The position numbers were made by a program, and so were the translations under genes. A model generated the notes under the pieces. The model was not told the DNA's origin. It ran no database searches and worked only from the letters and a program-made list of their open reading frames with translations. A stretch of DNA of 64,000 nt, taken from a bacterium (GTDB taxonomy: Bacteria > Patescibacteriota > Minisyncoccia > Moranbacterales > UBA1568). Where the stretch lies: positions 330,453 to 394,452 of the forward strand of contig JAKACP010000001.1 of NCBI GenBank assembly GCA_021821305.1, in the 5' to 3' direction. Below are positions 49,057-59,079 of this stretch, one piece after another (position 1 is the first letter of the stretch; each line of letters begins with the position of its first letter).

Positions 49057-49476
49057 ATGTCCAAAATAAAGAAAACGTCTCTTTTCGTCTTCGTGCTGGC
49101 CGTGATGCTTTCCACCGGAAGCTCGTGCGCTTTCCCCATGCTTCCGGCCCAAGCTTCTTCGGGGGCGATGCAAATGGGTGATCAAAGCGCTTCAGGCGAG
49201 CAGAGTGAAATCATGGATGGATATGATATGGGGTCGATGGCGCATGCGCCTCTTCCCCAAGAGCATGTGAAAACATGTTCGGCGGACTGCGGGCAGACTG
49301 TCGATGACGCGGTTACGACAAAGAAAGACAAAGAACTTTTGGAGCTTCCTGCTCTTGTTTCACAAGGTATTTTCATGCCCCCGTCGCCTCTCGATGGATC
49401 GGATCTCGAGGCTTTTGAGCGGTCAGAAATCCCGCCTTTAGGGGATGCTCTCCTCACCGTTGCCAAAAAAGAATAG
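49057..49476 (+). CDS. Secreted Met/His-rich small protein (candidate periplasmic copper-binding protein)
   Basis: Signal peptide; MQMGDQ and MDGYDMGSMAH motifs; lies in the copper gene context. Confidence 0.35.
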   Translation: MSKIKKTSLFVFVLAVMLSTGSSCAFPMLPAQASSGAMQMGDQSASGEQSEIMDGYDMGSMAHAPLPQEHVKTCSADCGQTVDDAVTTKKDKELLELPALVSQGIFMPPSPLDGSDLEAFERSEIPPLGDALLTVAKKE

Positions 49477-49618
49477 ATTGATCGAAGTGTCAGAAAGCTG
49501 AGACATTTTATCCTTGTGGATAATACTCTCTCCTTCTGGCATTTTTTGTTTCCGTTTCTTCGTGAGAGAAATGGATTTTAGCAGTCGGATCAAATAGTTA
49601 AGTCTTACATACAACCTT

Positions 49619-51259
49619 ATGGACAAGAAGAAAATAATTGTGGCGATCATAGCCATAGTCATCCTCGGCGCTCTCGCCTGGTATGGGTCGGTCGATCGCC
49701 GGATGAGAGTCGGCACCTCTGAAGAGGGGACGGCGAACCTGAACGCTCCGCCATCCGGAGATATACGGCAGGCTGTTCCGTCGGAAATCGTCGATCTCAA
49801 GGACGGTCAATCGATCGACCTTGCCATCACACCCGTCAAGAAAACGATCGCCGGGCGTACGGTGAAGATGCTCGGATACAACGGCTCCATTCCCGGGCCC
49901 ACCCTCCGTGTTCCGGAGGGTTCGGAGATTACCGTCAACCTGAAGAACGGCGGTGATATCGCCACGTCGCTCCATGCCCATGGAGTGCGGATGGAAAACC
50001 CGTTCGATGGGGTGCCGGGCGTGACTCAAAAGGAGATCGCTCCAGGTGAATCGTTCGCCTACAAGCTCAAGTTCACCGATCCGGGTGTCTTCTGGTATCA
50101 CCCCCATGTGAGAACGGATTACGCGGTCGAGTCAGGGCTCTATGCGAACATCATCGTGACGCCGAAGGATAGCGGCTATTTCCCGCCCGCCAACCGCGAG
50201 GTGCCGCTCATACTCGACGATATAGCGCTCGACAAGGACGGGATGCTTCCGTTCGATGCCAAGGTTGCGGATCATACCCTTATGGGGCGCTTCGGCAATG
50301 TCATGCTCGTGAACGGCGAGACGGACTACAAACTCCAAGCGAAACAAGGCGAGGTGGTGCGTCTCTATCTCACCAATGCGGCCAACACGAGACTCTTCAA
50401 CTTCACTCTTCCCGGAGCGAAGATGAAGCTGGTCGGGGCGGATGTGGGACGCTATGAAAAGGAAACCTTCGTGGAGGGCGTGCTTGTTGCTTCCGGCGAG
50501 CGTCGTGTCGTGGATGTTCTCTTTGAAAAGGCCGGCGAGTACGCGATGAAGCACGAGACTCCTGACAAGGAGTATGCTCTCGGAACGGTGTCCGTTTCCG
50601 CTGAAACCATCAGCCTCTCCTATACCGAAGAGTTTTCAGCGTTGCGGACGAACGCGGCCGTCGTCGATGAGTTGGAAAATCTCATGAATACGTATCTTGC
50701 GAAGAGTCCGGACAAGATCCTGAATCTTTCACTCGATATGGATCAGGAGATGCGTCAGGGTATGCCTATGGGAATGCACTCGATGAACTCGATGGGTGGA
50801 GGCGGCATGGCCATGTCGGATGCGGATATGGGCATGGGCGATGACGGAGACGCGTTGGAATGGGAGGACACGATGGCCGGTATGAACGCCCAGTCCACAT
50901 CGGACATGCTGGAATGGAAGCTCGTGGACGGCATGACGGGCAAGGTGAACGCGGATATCGATGACTGGAACTTCCGGACGGGCGACAAGGTCAAGATCCG
51001 TATCTTCAATGATCCGAAATCCCTGCATCCCATGCAGCACCCGATTCACTTCCATGGACAGCGCCTCATGGTGCTCTCGACGAACGGCGTGAAGAATGAC
51101 AACCCGGCATGGGTCGATACGGCGTTGGTAGCCACAGGCGACACGGTCGACATCCTGCTTGACGCCTCCAATCCCGGCACGTGGGTCGCACATTGTCATA
51201 TCCTGGAGCATGCGGAAAGCGGCATGATGCTCTCATACACCGTGGGAAAGACCGACTAA
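49619..51259 (+). CDS. Multicopper oxidase (CueO/laccase-like) with a Met-rich insert
   Basis: Cu-binding motifs LHAHG, WYHPH and HCHILEHAESGMM; Met-rich segment MRQGMPMGMHSMNSMGGGGMAM. Confidence 0.8.
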   Translation: MDKKKIIVAIIAIVILGALAWYGSVDRRMRVGTSEEGTANLNAPPSGDIRQAVPSEIVDLKDGQSIDLAITPVKKTIAGRTVKMLGYNGSIPGPTLRVPEGSEITVNLKNGGDIATSLHAHGVRMENPFDGVPGVTQKEIAPGESFAYKLKFTDPGVFWYHPHVRTDYAVESGLYANIIVTPKDSGYFPPANREVPLILDDIALDKDGMLPFDAKVADHTLMGRFGNVMLVNGETDYKLQAKQGEVVRLYLTNAANTRLFNFTLPGAKMKLVGADVGRYEKETFVEGVLVASGERRVVDVLFEKAGEYAMKHETPDKEYALGTVSVSAETISLSYTEEFSALRTNAAVVDELENLMNTYLAKSPDKILNLSLDMDQEMRQGMPMGMHSMNSMGGGGMAMSDADMGMGDDGDALEWEDTMAGMNAQSTSDMLEWKLVDGMTGKVNADIDDWNFRTGDKVKIRIFNDPKSLHPMQHPIHFHGQRLMVLSTNGVKNDNPAWVDTALVATGDTVDILLDASNPGTWVAHCHILEHAESGMMLSYTVGKTD

Positions 51260-51290
51260 GCAAATATTCAAATCGATAACGGAGAATCCT

Positions 51291-52121
51291 ATGCAAGATG
51301 AACACAGGCAGGAAAAAGACGAAGCCGGAGATCCGGTAGAGACTCGGGGAAAAGAAGGGGCGTCGGGTCGGGAGACGTGGATCATCGCCGGGGCGATCCT
51401 CTTGGGGAGCCTCATCGTCAGCGGGGGCATACTCTTCTCCCGTGGGACCTTTCAGAAAACATCCGATTCAGGCGCGACTGGAATACTGCAGCCGTCAGAA
51501 AATCCCTCGCCGATCGCGGAGCGGCCGGAGAGGCGGCCCGGCGAATCGGTGAAGGTCTCGACGGATGATGATGCCGTTTTGGGAGACAAGGATGCGCCGA
51601 TCACGCTGATCGAGTTTTCGGACTATGAGTGTCCATTCTGTAAACGCTCGTTCACTGATGTGCTTCCGGAGCTCAAGAAAACATATATCGACACAGGAAA
51701 AGTGAAACTCGTCTTCCGGGATTTCCCCCTGTCCTTCCATGCGAACGCCGGGAAGGAGGCGGAGGCGGCCGAGTGTGCGAGGAGCCTTGGGGATGATGTG
51801 ACGTACTACAAATTCCATGACCAGATCTTCACCAAAACCACTTCGAACGGGACTGGTTTGGCTCTTACGGAATTGCCTGCGATTGCGAAAAACCTTGGTC
51901 TCAACGTGAATCAGTTTCAGCAGTGTTTGGATTCGGGAAAGTTCAAAGACGAAGTAGCCAAGGATATGGCCGACGGGGAGGCGGCCGGTATTTCCGGTAC
52001 GCCATCATGGATTATCGGTGCTTCCAGCAAGGATGGCCAGATTGAGGGGCAGCTTGTCGTGGGAGCCCAGCCTTTCTCCGCGTTCAAGGCTATTATCGAT
52101 GAAAAACTCGGTAACAAGTAA
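51291..52121 (+). CDS. DsbA-family thiol:disulfide oxidoreductase, membrane-anchored
   Basis: CPFC active site in a thioredoxin fold. Confidence 0.7.
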   Translation: MQDEHRQEKDEAGDPVETRGKEGASGRETWIIAGAILLGSLIVSGGILFSRGTFQKTSDSGATGILQPSENPSPIAERPERRPGESVKVSTDDDAVLGDKDAPITLIEFSDYECPFCKRSFTDVLPELKKTYIDTGKVKLVFRDFPLSFHANAGKEAEAAECARSLGDDVTYYKFHDQIFTKTTSNGTGLALTELPAIAKNLGLNVNQFQQCLDSGKFKDEVAKDMADGEAAGISGTPSWIIGASSKDGQIEGQLVVGAQPFSAFKAIIDEKLGNK

Positions 52122-52127
52122 AAGATT

Positions 52128-52631
52128 ATGAGTAAGAAACAGCGAAAAATACCTTCCGCGGCCTGGTGGACTATCGGGTTAACTGTTGTCGTTATCGGGC
52201 TGATCGTGTTCCTTGGAGCAAGGTACTCCGGTCCTTCGAAAACCAATCGAGAGGTGGCTTTGTCGTGTACTACTGATATGGCTACCCGATTCCATATTCA
52301 TCCCAGCCTGGAGATTCGCATCAACGGCGAGAAACAGGTTATTCCTACGAATATCGGAGTCGATGCCAACTGCATGAATGCGCTCCATACCCACGGAACG
52401 AGCGGTGAAATCCATGTCGAGTCGCCGCAAAAACGAGACTTCACCCTTTCCGATTTCTTTGCGGTATGGGGCAAAACATACAGCAAAGATCAGATCCTCG
52501 ATTCCAAGGCTGATGAGAAATACATCATTCGCGAAACCGTAAACGGCCAAGAGGTGGGGGATTACGAAAATACCATCTTGCATGATAAGGACAAGATCGT
52601 TATTTTCTACGAGGAGAGAAATAAGGAGTGA
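52128..52631 (+). CDS. Hypothetical membrane-anchored His-rich protein
   Basis: ORF with TM anchor; HIHP...HTHGTSGEIH. Confidence 0.35.
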   Translation: MSKKQRKIPSAAWWTIGLTVVVIGLIVFLGARYSGPSKTNREVALSCTTDMATRFHIHPSLEIRINGEKQVIPTNIGVDANCMNALHTHGTSGEIHVESPQKRDFTLSDFFAVWGKTYSKDQILDSKADEKYIIRETVNGQEVGDYENTILHDKDKIVIFYEERNKE

Positions 52632-52667
52632 TGCCGCGGATCCGGTCAATGACGAAGGCTACAAGAT

Positions 52668-53213
52668 ATGAAAAACATCTGGTCTCCAAAAACCATTCTT
52701 CCCGCAGTCATGATCGCGGCGCTCTATGTCGTGGTAACCGTGTACCTCATGAATGCGGGGCTGGTGATGGATGCGATGTTCGGAACCCATTCGGCCGGAT
52801 ATAGGCAGAGTATCCTCATCGCGTTGCTTACGGGCATGTGGACGGCCATGAGCGCGCCCAGTCTGTTCCTCCTTGTCGTCGTCGCGATGCTTACCGGACT
52901 CAATCTCATGTTTGTCCTGGAGCGGCTCCGGACGGTCCGGTCTTCCGGGAAGATGCATCTGGCGGTAGGCGGGAGCTCCCTTCTTGGGATAGTGGGGAGC
53001 GGCTGTGCGAGTTGTGGACTGCCGATACTGGCCTTCCTGGGTCTCGGCGGCGCAGCCGCCTCCCTGCCCTTTCGGGGCATGGAGCTTTCCATCCTGACCG
53101 TCGCACTCCTTTCCGTATCCTTGTATATCCTGGTGAAAGGACGCGAACGGCAGGCGGTCTGTGCCGTCGGGACCATGGAATACCAGGATCGACACGTCGT
53201 CATTCCGGAATGA
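52668..53213 (+). CDS. Polytopic membrane protein with a CxxC motif (GSGCASCGLP)
   Basis: ORF with ~5 TM helices. Confidence 0.35.
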   Translation: MKNIWSPKTILPAVMIAALYVVVTVYLMNAGLVMDAMFGTHSAGYRQSILIALLTGMWTAMSAPSLFLLVVVAMLTGLNLMFVLERLRTVRSSGKMHLAVGGSSLLGIVGSGCASCGLPILAFLGLGGAAASLPFRGMELSILTVALLSVSLYILVKGRERQAVCAVGTMEYQDRHVVIPE

Positions 53214-53284
53214 TCTCCGACAGGCATGGAGATGAACGGGGGCAGAAGAATCGAAGTCCAAGAGAAAAGATCTTACCTCATAAC

Positions 53285-53677
53285 ATGAAGAATATGGAAT
53301 ACGGATACAAGCGCAGCGTATCGTTCCCTTTCGCCGATGCGGTCCTGAAGACGAAGGCGGAGCTCTCGAAGGAGGGATTCGGTGTCCTTACCGAGATCGA
53401 TGTGAAGGCGGCATTCAAGGAAAAACTCGGCGTGGAGCATGATGAGTATCTCATTCTCGGCGCATGCAACCCGAAGCTTGCCCAAAGAGCGCTCCAGGCG
53501 GAAAAGGGAATCGGCCTCTTCCTGCCTTGCAATGTCATCGTGTACAGGGAGGAAGGAGAGACAGTGGTCGCGACGATCCTCCCCGCCGCGGCAATGAGCG
53601 TGATCGGGAACCCGGCTTTGGACGAAGTCGCACGGGAAGCGGAGGAGAAACTGAAGAGGGCCGTCGATGCGGTCTGA
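53285..53677 (+). CDS. DUF302-domain protein
   Basis: Full-length DUF302 similarity. Confidence 0.55.
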   Translation: MKNMEYGYKRSVSFPFADAVLKTKAELSKEGFGVLTEIDVKAAFKEKLGVEHDEYLILGACNPKLAQRALQAEKGIGLFLPCNVIVYREEGETVVATILPAAAMSVIGNPALDEVAREAEEKLKRAVDAV

Positions 53678-53691
53678 CTATACGGAATGAT

Positions 53692-54402
53692 ATGGAATAC
53701 ATCTGGTTCATCTGGAGTCTGATATCGGTCGGCATCTGGCTGGCTATCTATCTTTCCCTGGACACGAGGGAGAAAAAGAAAGAAATGCTCATCGTCAGCC
53801 TGTGGACATCGCTCCTGGGCCTCACCGAACCGATTTTCGTTCCTGAATACTGGTCTCCTCCTTCGCTCTTCGATCTGGCCATGAAAACCGGGTTCGATAT
53901 CGAGAGTCTTGTTTTCTCTTTCGCTATCGGCGGCATAGCCGTGAGTCTGTATGAGCGGATCCTGCCGATCCGACATGTTTCCCTCTCAGCCGCAGAACAG
54001 CGCTCCGCCCGTCACGGATTTCATATCTGGGCGCTTCTTTCGGCGCCGGCGGTTTTTATCGTCCTGCTCCTCGCAGCCGATCTGAACCCGATTTACTCGG
54101 CGGTTGTCGCCATGGTTACCGGTGGACTGGCCACGTGGTATTGCCGGCCGGATCTCAAGAAGAAGATGTTCACGAGCGCTTTCATATTTCTTGCCCTCTA
54201 TTTCCTCTATTTTTTCACGCTTATCGCCATGTCGCCGGGCTATGTAGGACAGGTCTGGAATCTCCTGGCGATTTCAGGGATTCTGATCCTTGGTATTCCG
54301 CTCGAGGAGCTCTTGTTCGCGTGGAGTTTCGGGTTCATCTGGTCGAGCGTTTATGAACATGTCACATGGCGAAAATTTAACCAGAGCGCAAATTTATCTT
54401 AA
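53692..54402 (+). CDS. Membrane protein with lycopene-cyclase-domain-like PxEE motifs
   Basis: LTEPIFVPEYW and GIPLEELLFAW repeats. Confidence 0.35.
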   Translation: MEYIWFIWSLISVGIWLAIYLSLDTREKKKEMLIVSLWTSLLGLTEPIFVPEYWSPPSLFDLAMKTGFDIESLVFSFAIGGIAVSLYERILPIRHVSLSAAEQRSARHGFHIWALLSAPAVFIVLLLAADLNPIYSAVVAMVTGGLATWYCRPDLKKKMFTSAFIFLALYFLYFFTLIAMSPGYVGQVWNLLAISGILILGIPLEELLFAWSFGFIWSSVYEHVTWRKFNQSANLS

Positions 54403-54461
54403 GTCTTGTCATGGTATCATTGTATCTTGAGGTTATAAGTATCACCGATTACTAAAATAAT

Positions 54462-55403
54462 ATGTATGAAAAACCACAGGCACAATCTTCTTCTCTCGGA
54501 TCACATACGCCCTCTTTGACAGGCGCTAGGGACGCGCGCGCTCTCAAGATTGCCGGGTGGCTGACCGGAGTATACTTTGTCTTTGAGCTTGGTGTTGGCC
54601 TGTGGACAGGCTCAGTGTCTGTTACTTCTGACGCATTTCATACGTTCTCTGCCGTTGGCGGGGTATTGATTGCGGTCGTGGCGAGCGCCTATGCCAAGCG
54701 AGCGGCAACACCGGTTCAGACATTCGGACTTATACGAGCTGAGGTTGTCGGAGCTTTGTTGAATGGATTATTCCTCTTCGGCATGGCGGGATTTGTTCTT
54801 TGGATGGGGATCATGCGCCTACAAAATCCCATCGATCTTTCAGCGGGTACCATGTTCTTGGTAGCTATCGGAGGCCTTATAACTGAGATAATTTCCATGC
54901 GTCTGATGTGGGCGGGGCAAAAGGAGAACCTGAATATGAAGGGAGCCTTCTGGCATATCATTCAAACATTTGTCGGTAGCATTATCATTATTGTTTCGGC
55001 GCTCGTCATACAATTTACGGGATTTCTCCAAATCGATCCACTCCTTGGTATGGCATTTGGACTCGTATTGTTTTGGGCATCGTGGAAAATTATAAGAGAG
55101 GCTCTGCACATACTTTTAGATAACGTGCCAAAGGGCCTTGATCTCCATGATGTGAAAACTGTCATCGAAAAGATACCGGGGGTAGAAAACATCCATCATT
55201 TGCATGCGTGGGCTTTAACAAGCGGGAAAAATATCGTATCTGCTCACGTACGAATTACGGACATGGCGGAAGGCGTTCGTATTCAGAGGCAGATATACGC
55301 AATACTCACCAACGACTTCAACGTATATTTTTCTACAATACAAGTTGAAACCGAATGTTTAGAGCAAGAGACAGCGCAGGAGATAGATTTTTTAGGTAGG
55401 TAG
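54462..55403 (+). CDS. Cation diffusion facilitator (CzcD-like) metal efflux transporter
   Basis: 6 TM helices plus cytoplasmic domain; CDF signature; low-GC block begins here. Confidence 0.8.
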   Translation: MYEKPQAQSSSLGSHTPSLTGARDARALKIAGWLTGVYFVFELGVGLWTGSVSVTSDAFHTFSAVGGVLIAVVASAYAKRAATPVQTFGLIRAEVVGALLNGLFLFGMAGFVLWMGIMRLQNPIDLSAGTMFLVAIGGLITEIISMRLMWAGQKENLNMKGAFWHIIQTFVGSIIIIVSALVIQFTGFLQIDPLLGMAFGLVLFWASWKIIREALHILLDNVPKGLDLHDVKTVIEKIPGVENIHHLHAWALTSGKNIVSAHVRITDMAEGVRIQRQIYAILTNDFNVYFSTIQVETECLEQETAQEIDFLGR

Positions 55404-55447
55404 CAGATCACGATGATCACTAACCCGATAATAAACGGAACAAGACT

Positions 55448-57649
55448 ATGACTCTATATACTTGCCCCATGCATTCAAAGGTGCAACAAGACAAACCTGG
55501 ATTATGCCCCAAGTGTGGCATGAGACTTGTTAAGGCTGAAACAAAAACAGATCATAGTGCTCACGCTGGTCACGTCATGGGAGAACAGTCCAAAATGGGT
55601 TTCTGGGAGAAATTCAGGATGAGTATGTCCATGACGATGGGGATGGATCATACCGGTCTCGCTGGACGGGAAATGGCTCGCCTCATGGAGATTGACATCC
55701 GAAACAAGTTCTTCTTCGCGTTTATATTGACCATTCCGATCATCCTCTACTCACCCCTGGGCACGGAGTTTCTTGGGCTTAACCTTCCATCCCCATTTCC
55801 GCTACCATGGCTTCTTTTTCTTCTCACCACGCCGGTATTCTTCTATTCGGGTTGGATTTTTCTCTACTCGACATATTTTGCATTGAAAAATAGGACGCTC
55901 AATATGGCCGTACTTATTGCGGTTGGCATCACAGCTGCCTATGGATTCAGTATCTTACTTACCTTGATTGGTAGCGCTGACTCTTACTATGAAGCGGCGG
56001 CTATGCTTATTACGTTTGTTCTCTTCGGTCATTGGATGGAAATGAAGTCTCGCCGTGGAACAACTGATGCGCTGCAGGCACTTTTTAATCTCGTACCACC
56101 TCAAGCCAGAGTCTTCAAAGATGGTAAGGAGATAATGGTTGCAACGAGCGATATACAACTTGGAGACATCATTATTCTTAAGCCGGGAGACAAAGTTCCA
56201 GTTGATGGTGAAATCATTGAAGGCGAGACTGCCATTGACGAATCCCTCGTTACTGGAGAATCGATTCCTACAGCGAAGAAGATCGGGGATCAGGTGATTG
56301 GCGGATCAATCAACACTGCTGGCTCGGTCAAATTTAAGGCAACAAAAATCGGTAAGGATACCGCTCTTGCTCAAATTGTCCGGATGGTTGAGGAGGCGCA
56401 GAACTCAAAAGCCCCTGGACAAAGAATCGCTGACAGATTTGCGAAATATCTGGTCATTGGGGCTATCGGGTCAGGACTTCTCGTTTTTATTATCTGGTAT
56501 TTTATTGTCGGTTCACCATTGCTTTTGGCGCTTTCTTTTGCGATCGCTACGGTTGTCATTGCTTGCCCAGATGCTTTGGGGTTAGCCACTCCGACGGCGG
56601 TAGCGGTCGGAACGGGTCTCGGAGCTAAACATAATATTCTTATCAAAGATGCTCCGACTCTTGAGCAAGTCTCAAAAATTCAAGCCATTGTACTCGACAA
56701 AACAGGCACCCTCACTGACGGAAAGCCGAAAGTAACCGACATAGCTACAGTGGATGGATTTGAGGCAAATGAAGCACTTCGTTTAGTTGGAGCGGCTGAA
56801 GCGAAATCATCTCACCCTTTGGCCGGGGCTGTCCTTGAGGAACTTAAAAAACGAAGCCTGACATTGCCAGAGTCAGTTGATAAATTTGAAAACCTTTCTG
56901 GTTTGGGAGTGAAAGCCATCGTTGATGGGAAAGCTGTGCTCATAGGGACAGTTAAGCTTATGAAAGAAAGTAACATTGCTCTCGGTGAGTTGGAACAAAA
57001 AATCAATGAGTATCTGGAAAGAGGAGAAACGATTATGATTCTCGCGGTTGATGGCACTATCAAGGCAGTAATTGGCGCGACTGATCCCATAAAACCCAAT
57101 GCCATAAAAGCAGTAGAACGTCTGAAGCTACTTGGAATCGAAATCGCCATGATTACCGGTGATAATAAAATGACCGCAGATAAAGTAGCGAGTCAGATTG
57201 GTATAGAAAGAGTGTTTGCAGAAGTGATGCCAGAAGATAAGGCGAGTTATGTCAAAAAGCTCCAGCAGGAAGGAAAATTCACGGCAATGGTTGGCGACGG
57301 TGTCAACGATGCTCCCGCGCTTGCTCAATCGGATGTCGGTATTGCGATTGGTGCGGGCACGGATGTCGCGATTGAGACAGCGAAAGTTGTTCTCATGAAG
57401 TCTGACCCGCTAGACATCCTTCGAGCAATAACTTTGAGCAAGGCGACAGTTCGCAAGATGAAGCAGAATCTTTTCTGGGCGTCCATCTACAATATTCTTG
57501 CCATACCAGTTGCTGGTGGCATTTTGTACCCGAGTTTTGGCATCATGCTCCGTCCGGAATTTGCAGCGCTTTTGATGAGTGTGTCTTCGATCATTGTTGC
57601 AGTAAATGCCGTGCTATTGAAGCGAGTTGAATCAGAACTTAAGGCTTAA
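55448..57649 (+). CDS. copA: Heavy-metal (copper-type) P1B ATPase with an N-terminal Cys-rich metal-binding module; TM6 motif reads CPD
   Basis: DKTGTLT, TGDN and GDGVNDAP motifs; N-terminal CPMH...CPKCGM; IACPDALGLATP. Confidence 0.85.
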   Translation: MTLYTCPMHSKVQQDKPGLCPKCGMRLVKAETKTDHSAHAGHVMGEQSKMGFWEKFRMSMSMTMGMDHTGLAGREMARLMEIDIRNKFFFAFILTIPIILYSPLGTEFLGLNLPSPFPLPWLLFLLTTPVFFYSGWIFLYSTYFALKNRTLNMAVLIAVGITAAYGFSILLTLIGSADSYYEAAAMLITFVLFGHWMEMKSRRGTTDALQALFNLVPPQARVFKDGKEIMVATSDIQLGDIIILKPGDKVPVDGEIIEGETAIDESLVTGESIPTAKKIGDQVIGGSINTAGSVKFKATKIGKDTALAQIVRMVEEAQNSKAPGQRIADRFAKYLVIGAIGSGLLVFIIWYFIVGSPLLLALSFAIATVVIACPDALGLATPTAVAVGTGLGAKHNILIKDAPTLEQVSKIQAIVLDKTGTLTDGKPKVTDIATVDGFEANEALRLVGAAEAKSSHPLAGAVLEELKKRSLTLPESVDKFENLSGLGVKAIVDGKAVLIGTVKLMKESNIALGELEQKINEYLERGETIMILAVDGTIKAVIGATDPIKPNAIKAVERLKLLGIEIAMITGDNKMTADKVASQIGIERVFAEVMPEDKASYVKKLQQEGKFTAMVGDGVNDAPALAQSDVGIAIGAGTDVAIETAKVVLMKSDPLDILRAITLSKATVRKMKQNLFWASIYNILAIPVAGGILYPSFGIMLRPEFAALLMSVSSIIVAVNAVLLKRVESELKA

Positions 57650-57662
57650 CTAGGACAGTGCT

Positions 57663-58250
57663 ATGAAGAAAACTATTGCTATTTCTGTTCTTCTTCTCGC
57701 TCTCATGGAAGGTATTTCCTGGTGGGCTTATAAGTCATGGTCTTCTCAAGGCACTGATGAACCCTCTTGGCCTTCAGAGGAAAAGCAAGTACCAGCGCCT
57801 TTGTCTAATGCGGTAAGTCAACAGCCAATCGAAAAACCCGAAAGTATCCCACCGAGTGACAACCAAACCTCAACTACTCCCGAAACTTCTCCTGCCGATC
57901 TTCTTCCAAAGGGGATGGGTTCCAGCAGCTCAGAAGGCAGTTTCCCGCTACCCAGCACTGAAGTAGTTAATGGAGTGACGGAACGCACTATTCATATGGG
58001 GGTGCGGCAATACGAATGGGACCCGAAAATCATTCGGGCCAAGCAAGGAGAATTAGTGCGCCTCATAATACACAATGCTGATGTAAAGCACGGTATTGCT
58101 ATTCCTGAGCTTGGAGTGAACGAAGACATCTCTCCCGATGGCGCAGTAGTTACCTTTCAGGCAACAAAGAAAGGAACCTTTGAGTTCTTTTGTTCTGTCT
58201 GGTGTGGGGAAGGGCATATGGAAATGACAGCGAAGCTTGTTATAGAATAG
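57663..58250 (+). CDS. Secreted cupredoxin-like (CuA-type) domain protein
   Basis: H...CSVWCGEGHMEM matches the CuA-like Cx3CGx2Hx2M pattern; signal peptide. Confidence 0.6.
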   Translation: MKKTIAISVLLLALMEGISWWAYKSWSSQGTDEPSWPSEEKQVPAPLSNAVSQQPIEKPESIPPSDNQTSTTPETSPADLLPKGMGSSSSEGSFPLPSTEVVNGVTERTIHMGVRQYEWDPKIIRAKQGELVRLIIHNADVKHGIAIPELGVNEDISPDGAVVTFQATKKGTFEFFCSVWCGEGHMEMTAKLVIE

Positions 58251-58292
58251 GAAGCCCCCTATCATTTTTGCCTGTATTCAAGGAGCTTCTAA

Positions 58293-59063
58293 GTGGACAA
58301 TTACATAACGATGGAAATCAAAAAAAAGACAATTCTGCCGATCCTCATACTCGTGTTTGTTGGTATCTCACCCATCATTTTTCTCTCAAGAGAAGCAGAA
58401 GAAGAGCAGAACACTAACCCTTCTTCCCAGGCGACACAGGAAGACATAACTCCTCCAGACTCTAAAAAAGAAAACGACGCTCAGGAAGGCATGGTATTAA
58501 ACGTCCCGTTTACTGCTCAGGCTCCGCTTGGTAATTGGAGCGACCCGAGACAACAGAACGGCTGCGAGGAAGCGGCCACTCTTATGGCTATGGCTTGGGT
58601 GGAAGGAAACACTTTGACGCCGGAAGAAGCTGAAAGAGAAATCACGGCCATCGCGGATTATGAACTTCAAAACATGGGGCATTTCCATGATTCATCAGCC
58701 GAAGATCTGGTGAGATACATTTTCAAAGGATATTTCGGTTATGAGAATGTTGAGATCAAGTACGATATTGATGCCGAAGATATTAAAAATGAACTAAGAC
58801 GTGGCAATCTGATCTTAGTACCTGCGAATGGTAAAACATTGAATAACCCTTTCTATACAGAGCCGCCACTGGAGCATATGGTCGTCATCCGCGGGTATGA
58901 CAGTGAAACAAAAGAATTCATCGTGAATGATTCCGGTACAAGCCGAGGTGAGTTATTTCGCTACGCTGAAGATGTCATTATGAACGCCATCTACGACTAC
59001 CCAACCGGCTATCATGAGCCAGTAAATGAGCTGAGAAAAGCAATGATTATTGTTAAAAAATAA
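58293..59063 (+). CDS. C39-like (papain-fold) cysteine peptidase domain protein, membrane-anchored
   Basis: QQNGCEEAATLMAMAW (Cys) and HMVVIRGYD (His). Confidence 0.5.
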   Translation: MDNYITMEIKKKTILPILILVFVGISPIIFLSREAEEEQNTNPSSQATQEDITPPDSKKENDAQEGMVLNVPFTAQAPLGNWSDPRQQNGCEEAATLMAMAWVEGNTLTPEEAEREITAIADYELQNMGHFHDSSAEDLVRYIFKGYFGYENVEIKYDIDAEDIKNELRRGNLILVPANGKTLNNPFYTEPPLEHMVVIRGYDSETKEFIVNDSGTSRGELFRYAEDVIMNAIYDYPTGYHEPVNELRKAMIIVKK

Positions 59064-59079
59064 GTACCGCCCTGTGAGT

